Assembly (NCBI GenBank): GCA_023818895.1
Contig: JAMWCX010000001.1
Location: 179,789 to 211,788 of the forward strand
Length of the DNA stretch: 32,000 nucleotides
Source of the DNA: Candidatus Omnitrophota bacterium
GTDB lineage: Bacteria > Omnitrophota > Gorgyraeia > 2-01-FULL-45-10
Direction: 5' to 3'
Position numbers and translations under genes: made by a program. Of the stretch, positions 24,531 through 32,000 are shown piece after piece. The notes below the pieces were generated by a model. It worked only from the letters and a program-made list of their open reading frames with translations. It searched no databases and was not told the origin of the DNA. Within the stretch, counting starts at the first letter, position 1. The number at the start of each line of letters is the position of its first letter.

Positions 24531-25604
24531 CTATATTTCCTTAAGATCGTAATCAAGACTACCTAATCCCATAGCGGCGGCATAGTTAAGCTGTGTCGAC
24601 CAGTCCGTTTCCGGATAACCGGCCTTAAAAACGTCCTTATTTGCTAACTTCAATATAATGTCAACAGAGGCCTTGTCGATCGCCACTGGATCGCGAGAAG
24701 CCATTATCCCGATATCATTAACTATCCTTGGATCATCTTTGGCAAGGCAGTCGCAGTCCTTGGTGATTTTGATAAGGAAATTAATAAATCCTATATTACC
24801 GTTGACCGCCTTTATCATTCCGCTGGCATATTCTACCATCTTTTCCTGCACCTTTTCAAGAGTCTCACTCCATCTTATTTCCACGGCCTTTGTCTTGCAT
24901 ACCACAGCGCATTCCCCGCAGCCTACGCATTTTCGCAGGTCAAAAACGATCTTTTTCCCTTTTAGTGTAAAGCAACTTGAAGGACAGACTCTTGCGCAAG
25001 AACCGCAGCCTACGCAGTATGACGGATTGACATCGGGATGGGCGCCGCAGTGCTGCTCGTATTTTCCGCGTCTTGACGCGCAGCCCATACCTATGTTCTT
25101 TATCGCGCAACCCATTCCCGTTACTATATGTCCTGTCATATGGGACATAGCCAGCATGCTATCGCATGACGCGAAGTCGGAAGCTATCTTAACCTTCGAG
25201 AAATGTTTGCCGGATACCGGTATTTCCACGAAATTTGTGCCGCGCAGTCCGTCAGCTATGATAATCGGGATTCCGATGTTGCGGAGGTTGAAACCGTGTT
25301 CATCGGCAATCCTTAAATGCTCCACCGAGTTGGCCCTTTTACCAATCTTGTATATAACGTTGGAGTCAGCCATGAAGGCGTTTGCGGTTCTCAGCATTAC
25401 ATGCCTTGCCACCTCTGCGGCCCACTCGTGCCTTATGTGACCTGTGTTGCCGACGTCGCCGAAATGTGTTTTTATAGCAGTAAAATCATTTTCTTTTATG
25501 AAATCAAGGATGTGGCTTTTTTCAATCAGCTTCGTAATCGCGGCTGAAACGGATGTGACGGAGTCCGTATTTTTCGTCTTTATGAAGTAGACCTCGCTAC
25601 GCAT
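24531..25604 (-). CDS. DUF362 domain protein with a 2x[4Fe-4S] ferredoxin insert
   Basis: Track ORF runs to 25670. I prefer the ATG at 25604 (MRSEVYFIKT...), which overlaps the upstream stop by 8 nt. Two CxxCxxCxxxC(P) motifs are present (CVGCGSCARVCP, CVGCGECAVVC). Confidence 0.8.
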   Translation of the reverse strand: MRSEVYFIKTKNTDSVTSVSAAITKLIEKSHILDFIKENDFTAIKTHFGDVGNTGHIRHEWAAEVARHVMLRTANAFMADSNVIYKIGKRANSVEHLRIADEHGFNLRNIGIPIIIADGLRGTNFVEIPVSGKHFSKVKIASDFASCDSMLAMSHMTGHIVTGMGCAIKNIGMGCASRRGKYEQHCGAHPDVNPSYCVGCGSCARVCPSSCFTLKGKKIVFDLRKCVGCGECAVVCKTKAVEIRWSETLEKVQEKMVEYASGMIKAVNGNIGFINFLIKITKDCDCLAKDDPRIVNDIGIMASRDPVAIDKASVDIILKLANKDVFKAGYPETDWSTQLNYAAAMGLGSLDYDLKEI

Positions 25605-26094
25605 ATTTTCTATCCGTGTCGGTATATATTCTGATCTTATTGCGGCGAAGCAGCGATGTGGTAACACCATCTCCTTTTACAAGCTTTCGGCTGAAAGTCC
25701 CATCATATATATAGCCGCATCCGCATGATGGGCTTTTTGATTTCATTATCGCTTTGTCAAGTCCGTATTTTCTGGCTATCGCAAGCGCTTTTCTGGCGCC
25801 TGCTATGAGTATTTTTGATACGTCCTTTCCGCATGGCGTCAGAACCTTCGCTTTTTTATCCAACACGTCGCCACCATCCCCTCCCGATATTTCGCATTTG
25901 AAGCGCGGTATCGAACCTCCCCCGAGACTTTCAGGGCATACTGGCACGGCGATTCCGTCCTCGACCATACGTCTGATAACATGCCGTAGCTTGTTCTTTC
26001 CATTATAGGTACAGTTTATTCCCGCAAGGCATGCGCTGACCAAGTATTTATGGCGAACCTTTATACGTGATTTCTTATCGGCAGGAGCATCCAT
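25597..26094 (-). CDS. DUF523 family protein (family of the TudS thiouracil desulfidase)
   Basis: Motifs VSACLAG..C.Y.G, VPVCPE and SPSCG supply the three cluster Cys. Track ORF runs to 26184, but its first 30 codons overlap the flavin reductase gene, so I prefer the ATG at 26094. Confidence 0.75.
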   Translation of the reverse strand: MDAPADKKSRIKVRHKYLVSACLAGINCTYNGKNKLRHVIRRMVEDGIAVPVCPESLGGGSIPRFKCEISGGDGGDVLDKKAKVLTPCGKDVSKILIAGARKALAIARKYGLDKAIMKSKSPSCGCGYIYDGTFSRKLVKGDGVTTSLLRRNKIRIYTDTDRKYA

Positions 26095-26635
26095 AATAGC
26101 CGATCTTTTTCCCAAGATCCCAATACTCACCTTGGTTGTAGACGAACGGCTTTGCCTTTTCATAATCGATTTTACCTTTTTCATCTATTATCTTTTCATC
26201 AGTGTGAACGGCCACGACTTCGCCTATGAAAGCGTCGTGGGAGCCGAGCCTCAAAATATCTTTAAGCCTGCACTCTATATTTACGGGACACTCGCTTATC
26301 ATAGGCGATGCTATCTTTGACGAAGGAATTGCCTTAAAAGAGCACTCCTTGAACTTATCGGTATTCCTGCCCGAGTGCGTTCCGCAGAAATCGACCTGGC
26401 TCATGATATCTTTTGACGGGATATTTACGACGAATTCACGTTCAGATTCTATGATCTTGTGGGAATATCGGGAAGGTCTTATCGAAACGTAAATTTGCGG
26501 AGGTTTCGAGGCAATAACGCCGCACCATGCGATAGTTATCGCGCAAGCCTTATCGTTGGATCTATCGAGGCAACTCACCAAAACAACTGGGAGCGGATAA
26601 AGAGCTTCGCTCGGAGGAATATTCCGCTTAGACAT
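26075..26635 (-). CDS. flavin reductase-like (FMN-binding split-barrel) protein
   Basis: 186 aa with PLPVVLVSC...ITIAWCGVIASKPPQIYVSIRPSRYSHKII, typical of the Flavin_Reduct family. Confidence 0.8.
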   Translation of the reverse strand: MSKRNIPPSEALYPLPVVLVSCLDRSNDKACAITIAWCGVIASKPPQIYVSIRPSRYSHKIIESEREFVVNIPSKDIMSQVDFCGTHSGRNTDKFKECSFKAIPSSKIASPMISECPVNIECRLKDILRLGSHDAFIGEVVAVHTDEKIIDEKGKIDYEKAKPFVYNQGEYWDLGKKIGYYGCSCR

Positions 26636-26642
26636 CTTGACT

Positions 26643-26987
26643 TCAACTGGCCGGCGTCGCAGTAGTACTTTCTTTCTTCTTGTCTTTATTGGCGGTGGAG
26701 CGCCAGCATCTTTTGGTGCAGTAGTACTTACCGTCCCTGTAGTACCAACGTTTCTTTTTTATCGATTTCTTGCAGCCTTCACAATTAGCCGGCCTTTCTT
26801 TCTTTGCCGGAGCAGCCGCTTTTTTCTCTTCTTTTGCAGCGGCCGCTGGTGTTTCCGCGCTTGCCTGCGGAGCCGGCGTAGCCACATTCTTTTGTTCCTC
26901 GGCCGCTTTTGGCGATTCCGCCTTAGGGGCCTGTGTGATTTTCCCTTCACTATCTTCCTTTTTTTCGTCTTTCATCTCTTCAGCCAT
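26643..26987 (-). CDS. low-complexity (Ala/Lys/Glu/Pro-rich) protein with a C-terminal CxxC...CxxxC zinc-ribbon-like motif
   Basis: 114 aa. The C-terminus CEGCKKSIKKKRWYYRDGKYYCTKRC has TRASH/YHS-like Cys spacing. It lies 7 nt upstream of the flavin reductase gene. Confidence 0.5.
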   Translation of the reverse strand: MAEEMKDEKKEDSEGKITQAPKAESPKAAEEQKNVATPAPQASAETPAAAAKEEKKAAAPAKKERPANCEGCKKSIKKKRWYYRDGKYYCTKRCWRSTANKDKKKESTTATPAS

Positions 26988-27006
26988 GTCTCACCGTTAT
27001 TAAAGT

Positions 27007-27357
27007 TTACTTTTTATCCAGAAACCTTAACCATTGAAGATATATATATTCCAAAAGCCTTCCTTTATCAGCTCCGTTTATCTTGGTAAATCTTACTCCT
27101 GTTTCAAACGCTGTGCCTGTGGCGGGTCTTCTTTGCCAAGCAACTTCGCAGGCAGCGAATACCGGCACGTTATCACCGGGAACTTCCATGGAAAGATTTA
27201 GCTCGGTACCTTGATCTAGCTTTCTGTCAAGTATGATAAGCGCACCTTCCTTGGAGATGTTCTTGACCTTTGACGACGCCCTTGATTTATCGCTCAAAAT
27301 ATCGCAGATGGCGCTAAAGGCCGCTTCGAATCTTAAGAATTTTCTTCTTTCAGTCAC
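27007..27357 (-). CDS. PilZ domain protein (P3)
   Basis: 116 aa with RRKFLR and NISKEG motifs. Confidence 0.8.
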   Translation of the reverse strand: MTERRKFLRFEAAFSAICDILSDKSRASSKVKNISKEGALIILDRKLDQGTELNLSMEVPGDNVPVFAACEVAWQRRPATGTAFETGVRFTKINGADKGRLLEYIYLQWLRFLDKK

Positions 27358-27388
27358 GACTACCTCTATGGATTATTCGGATCGCGGT

Positions 27389-27432
27389 AAAAAAATAAGG
27401 GGATAAAAAGGTCTCTTCTATCCCCTTATTTT
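27389..27432. terminator. terminator hairpin after the TIGR04073-like gene
   Basis: ATAAGGGGATA (27395-27405) pairs with TATCCCCTTAT (27419-27429). An A-run (27389-27395) and a T-run flank it. On the minus strand the hairpin is followed by ATTTTTTTA. Confidence 0.65.
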
Positions 27433-27454
27433 CTGCGTTATTAACCGTTAGGGA

Positions 27455-27790
27455 TTACTTGCAGCTCCTAAACACAAATTCTGGCTCTAACACCGGGCAA
27501 TAACCTTCCGGTATGGGGAACGGGAATGTAGCTGTCTCATACACTCCTGCGCCAGTGCGCACTATCGTCATCCCAACGCCTTTGGCTAAACCGACGGTAA
27601 GACCAGAGAGCACATTATCCTCTACGCTCGTGTCATAGATATTCTTCGGAAGCTCGACCCAGCCAGTCACCACGTTGGCAAGACCTCTGTAGAGCTTCTT
27701 ACCCATATCCTGAGCATAACTCGCTGTCGCTATATTAACGACCATCAATATAGCAACAAATATAATTATACCCTTCACCATTTTCGTCAT
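27455..27790 (-). CDS. secreted protein resembling the exosortase system-associated TIGR04073 family
   Basis: 111 aa with a signal peptide (...NIATASYA/QD). Motifs KLYRGLANVVTGWVELPKNIYD...RTGAGVYETATFPFPIPEGY match my recollection of the TIGR04073 signature. GGAGGAGG Shine-Dalgarno. Confidence 0.6.
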   Translation of the reverse strand: MTKMVKGIIIFVAILMVVNIATASYAQDMGKKLYRGLANVVTGWVELPKNIYDTSVEDNVLSGLTVGLAKGVGMTIVRTGAGVYETATFPFPIPEGYCPVLEPEFVFRSCK

Positions 27791-27828
27791 TTTACTTTGT
27801 CACCTCCTCCCAACTTAAATTTGCCACA

Positions 27829-27857
27829 AGTATAACATACTAAAATTGCTTTGTCAA
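27829..27857 (-). promoter_or_regulatory. near-consensus sigma-70 promoter for the TIGR04073-like gene
   Basis: Minus strand reads TTGACA (27857-27852), 17-nt spacer, TATACT (27834-27829). Confidence 0.55.
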
Positions 27858-27870
27858 GTATTTATAACGT

Positions 27871-28257
27871 TTAAGCGTTTGTTTTTCCTGCGGAGCGGCG
27901 CGCCTTTAGTATATCATCCACGACTTCAGAGATCTTTTCGCGATCTTCAGGCCTAATATCTATGAACTCCACCCCCGTGTCATAAGTATAGATCCCTTTC
28001 TGCTTGGGGTCGGACTTCTTTACGACCCACACTATGGTACCGCCGCATTTTATTGGCGGCTTGGACTCATCAAGAAAAAGCTCTATATCCACTCCTTGGA
28101 AAAGCCCAAGGTCTTCCTTCAACAATACGCATATGCCGCCCGCGCCGATGTTTTCGGTATGAGTCGATATGGTCTTGGAAGTGAGCCTCTTTTTTATAGA
28201 TATGAGGCACTTATAGTTGGCCCTTGGAAATCTTCTTCTATTGATCCCGTTCCACAT
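27871..28257 (-). CDS. PilZ domain protein (P4)
   Basis: 128 aa with RRRFPR and NIGAGG motifs. It is divergent from the ExeA-like gene. Confidence 0.8.
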   Translation of the reverse strand: MWNGINRRRFPRANYKCLISIKKRLTSKTISTHTENIGAGGICVLLKEDLGLFQGVDIELFLDESKPPIKCGGTIVWVVKKSDPKQKGIYTYDTGVEFIDIRPEDREKISEVVDDILKARRSAGKTNA

Positions 28258-28338
28258 AATGTCATCTTCCTCCGATTTTCAAAGCCATTATACACAACCC
28301 TCTTTGCTAATGCAAGCACATTCTATTCAAATTTTGTA

Positions 28339-28368
28339 TTTACAATCTCCAGGGGACGGGTGTATAAT
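28339..28368 (+). promoter_or_regulatory. candidate sigma-70 promoter for the ExeA/GspB-like pair
   Basis: TTTACA, 18-nt spacer, TATAAT. It ends 16 nt before the ATG at 28385, implying a very short leader. Confidence 0.4.
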
Positions 28369-28384
28369 TATTCGGAAAAAAATT

Positions 28385-29200
28385 ATGTACAGAGAATTTT
28401 TTGGTCTGAAGGAAAAGCCTTTTAACATAACCAGCGACCCAAACTTCCTCTATTTAAGCCGTGTTCACAGAGAAGCCTTCTCGCATCTTTTGTACGGCAT
28501 AAAAGAAAGAAAGGGTTTTCTTGAAATAACCGGCGAGGTGGGCGCCGGTAAGACGACTCTGTGCAGGGCCCTCCTCAGCAAGCTCGACAAGAACACCAAG
28601 AGCGCTTTTATCTTCAATTCCACTCTTCCTGAGATGCAGCTTTTGCAGGCCATACTAGAAGACTACGGTCTTGTGGTAGAAGGCAGAAGCAAAGTTTCGC
28701 TGCTCAAACAACTGAACCGCTTTCTCATAGAGGAATTGACGAAGGGTAATAACGTTATACTTATAATAGATGAGGCGCAGAACCTTAAACCCTCTATACT
28801 CGAAGAGATAAGGATGCTTTCGAACCTGGAAACAGATAAGGAAAAGCTCTTCCAGATAATACTCGTGGGCCAGCCAGAGCTGAAAAATAAGTTAAATTCA
28901 CCGGGCTTGAGGCAGCTTCGCCAGCGTATCGCGGTGAGATTTCACATCACACCCCTTGAGAAAGACGAGGTCGGAGAATACATTTATCATCGTCTGAATG
29001 TCGCCGGATCATCCGGCCAGATAGTGTTCGCCCCTGACGCTGTGGAATGCATACACAGGTTTTCCGGCGGGATTCCGCGCCTTATAAATATGGTTTGCGA
29101 CAAGGCCATGCTTACCGCATATGTCAAAGAGACGCGTACAATAACGTTGCCGATAGTCGAAAAGAGCATACAGGAGCTGGAGGGAGTCATAGCAGCTTGA
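28385..29200 (+). CDS. ExeA/GspA-like AAA ATPase (possibly the PEP-CTERM-locus secretion ATPase subfamily)
   Basis: Track ORF starts at 28217, but homology begins at the ATG at 28385 (MYREFFGLKEKPFNITSDPNFLY...). Walker A is GEVGAGKT and Walker B is LIIDEAQ. 271 aa. Confidence 0.85.
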   Translation: MYREFFGLKEKPFNITSDPNFLYLSRVHREAFSHLLYGIKERKGFLEITGEVGAGKTTLCRALLSKLDKNTKSAFIFNSTLPEMQLLQAILEDYGLVVEGRSKVSLLKQLNRFLIEELTKGNNVILIIDEAQNLKPSILEEIRMLSNLETDKEKLFQIILVGQPELKNKLNSPGLRQLRQRIAVRFHITPLEKDEVGEYIYHRLNVAGSSGQIVFAPDAVECIHRFSGGIPRLINMVCDKAMLTAYVKETRTITLPIVEKSIQELEGVIAA

Positions 29201-29245
29201 TTACAGCCGTAGCGATAAGTTAATGATTTAATCTGAAGGTATATT

Positions 29246-29827
29246 ATGAGCATCATACAGGAGGCCTTGAAGAAAGCCCAGGAAGATACGATAATCAGTG
29301 TGCAGAAGGTCTTAATGCAGCCGCGCGAAGATGCGCAGGCTCAGTCAGTTGGTCGCGCCAAACCGAATGACGCTCGCCTATCCCCTGCCTCAGCAAAGAT
29401 CGGAAGGCTGGTGGGGCGCCCTAAAAAGGTCGCCATCATTACTGTTGTGATTCTTCTGTTGTTCGCTGTGGCATCGCTTACGTTTTTTTTGTTCAGACAG
29501 CTGTTAGAAGAAAAAGGCGGAGTGGGGATCAATGCTTCATTAGTTGCGCAAGAAGTCCATTATAGGTCTTTGAGCAATAGCTATCCTGGCGAGGAGGCGA
29601 CGGGCATCCTTCGGCCTGCCAGCCAGAAAGAGGCTGTTTACGCCGCTCGAGCGCCGAGGCTTGAGCTGAACGGCATCATGTATCTTGAAGAAGGGCCGAG
29701 GGCTCTTGTCAATAATTCTATCGTGCAGGTCGGAGATGTCATTAGCGGCGCTAAAGTTACGAAGATAAACAAAAATAGCGTTGTTTTGATTTATAGTGAT
29801 ATTGAGATAACTCTCAACCTGAAATGA
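29246..29827 (+). CDS. GspB/ExeB-like single-pass membrane protein
   Basis: 193 aa. N-terminus MSIIQEALKKAQ, one TM helix. The C-terminus (LELNGIMYLEEGPRALVNNSIVQVGDVISGAKVTKINKNSVVL) resembles the T2SS protein B domain. GAAGG Shine-Dalgarno. Confidence 0.5.
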   Translation: MSIIQEALKKAQEDTIISVQKVLMQPREDAQAQSVGRAKPNDARLSPASAKIGRLVGRPKKVAIITVVILLLFAVASLTFFLFRQLLEEKGGVGINASLVAQEVHYRSLSNSYPGEEATGILRPASQKEAVYAARAPRLELNGIMYLEEGPRALVNNSIVQVGDVISGAKVTKINKNSVVLIYSDIEITLNLK

Positions 29828-30233
29828 CGTTATTCTGGGCGCGTTGATTATGTAGTGACCTTATCTCTTCGGGTATCCTCACCGGCCTTCCTGATCTGTT
29901 GGTGAATACGTGGACTGACTCGCCAGTGGCTACAAGCCGTTGACCTACAAAGAGATTGTACGCGAACTCGAGGCTGGAATTTTTGAGCTTCGGCATCCAT
30001 GTCTCTATCCTTACGGTGTCGTCATATCTGGCCGGCGATTTGTACTGACAGGTTGCCTTGACCACCATCATGTAGACGCCCTTCTCTTCCAGTTTCCGAT
30101 AGGATATCCCCTTTGATCGCAAATATTCGGTCCTGGCAACCTCGAACCACGTAAAATAGTTGGCATAATAGACGACCCCCATATTGTCGGTCTCTTGGTA
30201 TCTGACACGTATCTCGGTTTCGTGTTTTTGCAT
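29814..30233 (-). CDS. YbgC/4-hydroxybenzoyl-CoA thioesterase family acyl-CoA thioesterase
   Basis: Hot-dog fold signature IRVRYQETDNMGVVYYANYFTWFEVARTEYLR. Track ORF starts at a GTG at 30251. The ATG at 30233 has the better Shine-Dalgarno (AGAGGG). Confidence 0.85.
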   Translation of the reverse strand: MQKHETEIRVRYQETDNMGVVYYANYFTWFEVARTEYLRSKGISYRKLEEKGVYMMVVKATCQYKSPARYDDTVRIETWMPKLKNSSLEFAYNLFVGQRLVATGESVHVFTNRSGRPVRIPEEIRSLHNQRAQNNVISG

Positions 30234-30282
30234 TCCCAGCCCTCTTTTCACACGAAAAAATAGTAGGAAGTAGGATGTGGCG

Positions 30283-30744
30283 CTAAAGTTTCAGCTCCAA
30301 TTTATGTATGTTGAATCCGCTTACGCTAAGGCTCTCGGTCTCTTTAAACCCTTTTTTTGCGCAAAGTTTCATCGCGTCGGACATCCTGTCCGTACAACGA
30401 AAGAACATTCTCTTGTAACCATTCTTTCTGCAGAAATCAACCGCCGTTTCGAGAAGCGCCTGGCCATAGCCGCAGCGCCTGTGTTTTGGGTCAACAAAAA
30501 GCCTTCGTAATAGCGCGTCCTCGTCCGTTTCTTGCTTAACTCCAACAGTCCCTACTATATCACCATCCTCTTCAACAACGAAGAAGGCGTCCTTCGAGCC
30601 TCCGTATGTTTCACCTATCCTATCGAGATCGCTATCCGAATACGCGGATTTGTCGAAAGGGTATTCTTTGGTCAGTATCGTAAGTATCAGATCTTTTACG
30701 CCTTTGGCGTCTTCCGCTCGGAACGGGCGCAAAATGTGCGGCAT
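30283..30744 (-). CDS. GNAT family N-acetyltransferase
   Basis: 153 aa with acetyl-CoA motif A: LFVDPKHRRCGYGQALLETAVDFCRKNGY. Confidence 0.85.
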   Translation of the reverse strand: MPHILRPFRAEDAKGVKDLILTILTKEYPFDKSAYSDSDLDRIGETYGGSKDAFFVVEEDGDIVGTVGVKQETDEDALLRRLFVDPKHRRCGYGQALLETAVDFCRKNGYKRMFFRCTDRMSDAMKLCAKKGFKETESLSVSGFNIHKLELKL

Positions 30745-30754
30745 GACAACCTCC

Positions 30755-31156
30755 TTATAGGCCTCTTATCTTAACGATGACTTTCCTGCGGCGAGGTCCA
30801 TCGAATTCGCAGAAAAATATACCCTGCCATGTTCCCAGCCGGAGATCACCGTCTTCTATAAATATGGTTTTGTCGACCCCGACAATCGTTGACTTAATAT
30901 GCGCCGCGGCGTTTCCTTCCGAGTGTTCGTATTTACCTTCGGAAGGCATAACCGATTCCAGGCCTTTTATAATATCGCGCTTGACGCTGGGATCGGCGTT
31001 CTCGTTGATGGTTATACCGGCCGTTGTGTGCGGCACAAATAGATAACACACCCCTGACCTTACTTTAGAAGAACGCACCAGTTCTCGTATTTTTTCGGTT
31101 ATATCCACCAGCTCATTACGGTTGCGAGTGGAAACCTCTATCTCGTCCACCGTCAT
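30755..31156 (-). CDS. YjbQ/UPF0047 family protein (secondary thiamine-phosphate synthase type)
   Basis: 133 aa with [18 protein letters not shown]...HIKSTIVG...[18 protein letters not shown]. Confidence 0.9.
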   Translation of the reverse strand: MTVDEIEVSTRNRNELVDITEKIRELVRSSKVRSGVCYLFVPHTTAGITINENADPSVKRDIIKGLESVMPSEGKYEHSEGNAAAHIKSTIVGVDKTIFIEDGDLRLGTWQGIFFCEFDGPRRRKVIVKIRGL

Positions 31157-32000
31157 AACATTAGCGCCTTTAGTATTGTTTTGATCAATCTCTCCGGAAC
31201 GCCTTCCACTACTTTCGCAGAGCCTATCCTTACCGGCAGAATAAAGCGATTGGTTGCGTGGATAAACTTCTTGTCATGCGCAATGGCGCGGTATACAGAC
31301 CGGAAAGAAAGTCCGCTTATAGATACTGGCAGGCCGGCCTTCCTGATAAGCGATTCTATCTTTTGCGCGTCATGCCTATCCATGATGCCTAAAGAAACAG
31401 ACAGCCGCGAGGCGGCGACCATTCCTATGGCCACCGCCTCTCCGTGGTTGTATCTTTTTGAATAACCGCACGCCGCCTCGATAGCGTGGCCTATTGTGTG
31501 GCCATAGTTAAGTATTGCCCTTATACCTTTCTTGTCAAACTCATCTTTTGAAACTAACGAAGCTTTTATCCTGCTTGCCTTGGTTATCATGTATTCCAAA
31601 GCGGACGGCGAAAGCTGGCCGTGCCTTTCCAGATGATTTTGCAGAAACGAAAAGAGGCCCCGATCCTTTATGACTCCGTATTTTATTATCTCCGCCATCC
31701 CGTTTTTTAGCTGTCGCTGCGGCAGAGTTTTTAGAATAGATATATCTGATATAACTACTTTAGGTTGATAGAAAGCGCCCACGAGGTTCTTTGCGACTTT
31801 TAGGTCTATAGCGGTTTTGCCGCCTATGGCGGAATCTACCTGCGATAGAAGAGTTGTTGGCATCTGGACATATGGCACACCCCTTTTGTAGATCGCGGCA
31901 ACAAAACCAGCCAGATCGCCTACCACGCCGCCTCCAAATGCTATTATGAATATACGCCTGCGGACATCGTATTTTGCGATGCGGCTAAGGAGCCGGATCG
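31153..32000 (-). CDS. aroB: 3-dehydroquinate synthase (partial; N-terminus off the right edge)
   Basis: The frame is open to position 32000 (..[19 protein letters not shown]..). Motifs [20 protein letters not shown] and [11 protein letters not shown] are present. There is a 4-nt overlap with the YjbQ-like start. Confidence 0.9.
   Translation of the reverse strand, partial: IRLLSRIAKYDVRRRIFIIAFGGGVVGDLAGFVAAIYKRGVPYVQMPTTLLSQVDSAIGGKTAIDLKVAKNLVGAFYQPKVVISDISILKTLPQRQLKNGMAEIIKYGVIKDRGLFSFLQNHLERHGQLSPSALEYMITKASRIKASLVSKDEFDKKGIRAILNYGHTIGHAIEAACGYSKRYNHGEAVAIGMVAASRLSVSLGIMDRHDAQKIESLIRKAGLPVSISGLSFRSVYRAIAHDKKFIHATNRFILPVRIGSAKVVEGVPERLIKTILKALML

Noticed and set aside
24658-25440. 260-aa plus-strand ORF
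   Set aside because: It lies entirely antisense to the well-supported DUF362/ferredoxin gene. It has no recognisable motif, no Shine-Dalgarno and a biased composition. It is a shadow ORF.
26650-26990. Repetitive-looking purine/pyrimidine-rich DNA, considered as a tandem repeat or CRISPR-like array
   Set aside because: There is no regular repeat-spacer periodicity. The pattern is explained by codons for a low-complexity A/K/E/P-rich protein.
26637-27089. 150-aa plus-strand ORF, with further ORFs at 26770-27003 (+) and 26759-26950 (-)
   Set aside because: These are alternative-frame or antisense readings of the low-complexity Ala/Lys/Glu-rich gene. Low-complexity DNA stays open in several frames. 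Only the 114-aa frame has a start with upstream context and a structured Cys motif.
28217-28384. N-terminal 56 codons of the 327-aa ExeA-like track ORF
   Set aside because: The extension overlaps the start of the divergent PilZ gene and the promoter region. ExeA-family homology begins exactly at the ATG at 28385.
29814-29827. 14-nt convergent 3' overlap of the GspB-like and thioesterase genes
   Set aside because: Short convergent overlaps are common in compact genomes. No hairpin or regulatory motif is apparent.
1-32000. Extreme strand bias (all but two genes on the minus strand), considered as a sign of a prophage or genomic island
   Set aside because: The content is core metabolism and housekeeping (nadE, def, panD, aroB, respiratory complex). 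There are no phage, integrase or tRNA boundary signatures. The bias is more simply explained by co-orientation with replication.

Overview
The window is gene-dense (about 40 CDS) and all but two genes are on the minus strand. I found no rRNA, tRNA, CRISPR array, transposase or integrase by eye. Gene content suggests an anaerobic, probably uncultivated bacterium; that is inference only.

Layout, low to high coordinates:
1. 1-6806: eight genes of an operon for a membrane complex that joins Mrp-antiporter-like subunits to group-4 [NiFe]-hydrogenase-like NuoB and NuoC modules. The operon continues off the left edge.
2. 7022-8880: a decaying gltBD locus. gltD is split by a 1-nt deficit in an A7 run, and gltB is reduced to about its last 125 codons.
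3. 8866-11976: a sigma-70/ECF-type sigma factor overlapping a large protein (P-loop-less KaiC/RecA-like N-terminus plus PPDK_N ATP-grasp domain). This protein is also frameshifted in a homopolymer.
4. 12187-13860: nadE, preceded by a near-consensus promoter and a roughly 170-nt leader carrying two tandem intrinsic terminators.
5. 14080-17871: a tightly coupled operon encoding a small lipoprotein, a pentapeptide-repeat K+ channel, an HD-GYP protein, a PflX-type radical SAM protein and a GAF-ANTAR protein.
6. 18013-20296: housekeeping genes (yqeY-like, def, panD and others).
7. 20354-28257: four stand-alone PilZ genes interleaved with genes for a DUF4416 protein, a membrane protein and an alpha/beta-hydrolase-fold protein lacking the catalytic Ser. 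The same stretch holds genes for HIT, DUF362-ferredoxin, DUF523, flavin reductase and an exosortase-associated TIGR04073-like protein.
8. 28385-29827 (+): an ExeA/GspB-like pair.
9. 29814-32000: thioesterase, GNAT, YjbQ and partial aroB.

The leads I rate most worth following are the signalling operon (5) together with the nadE leader, the sigma/ATP-grasp module, and the cluster of gene damage around gltBD. All family assignments come from motif recognition by eye; no searches were run.
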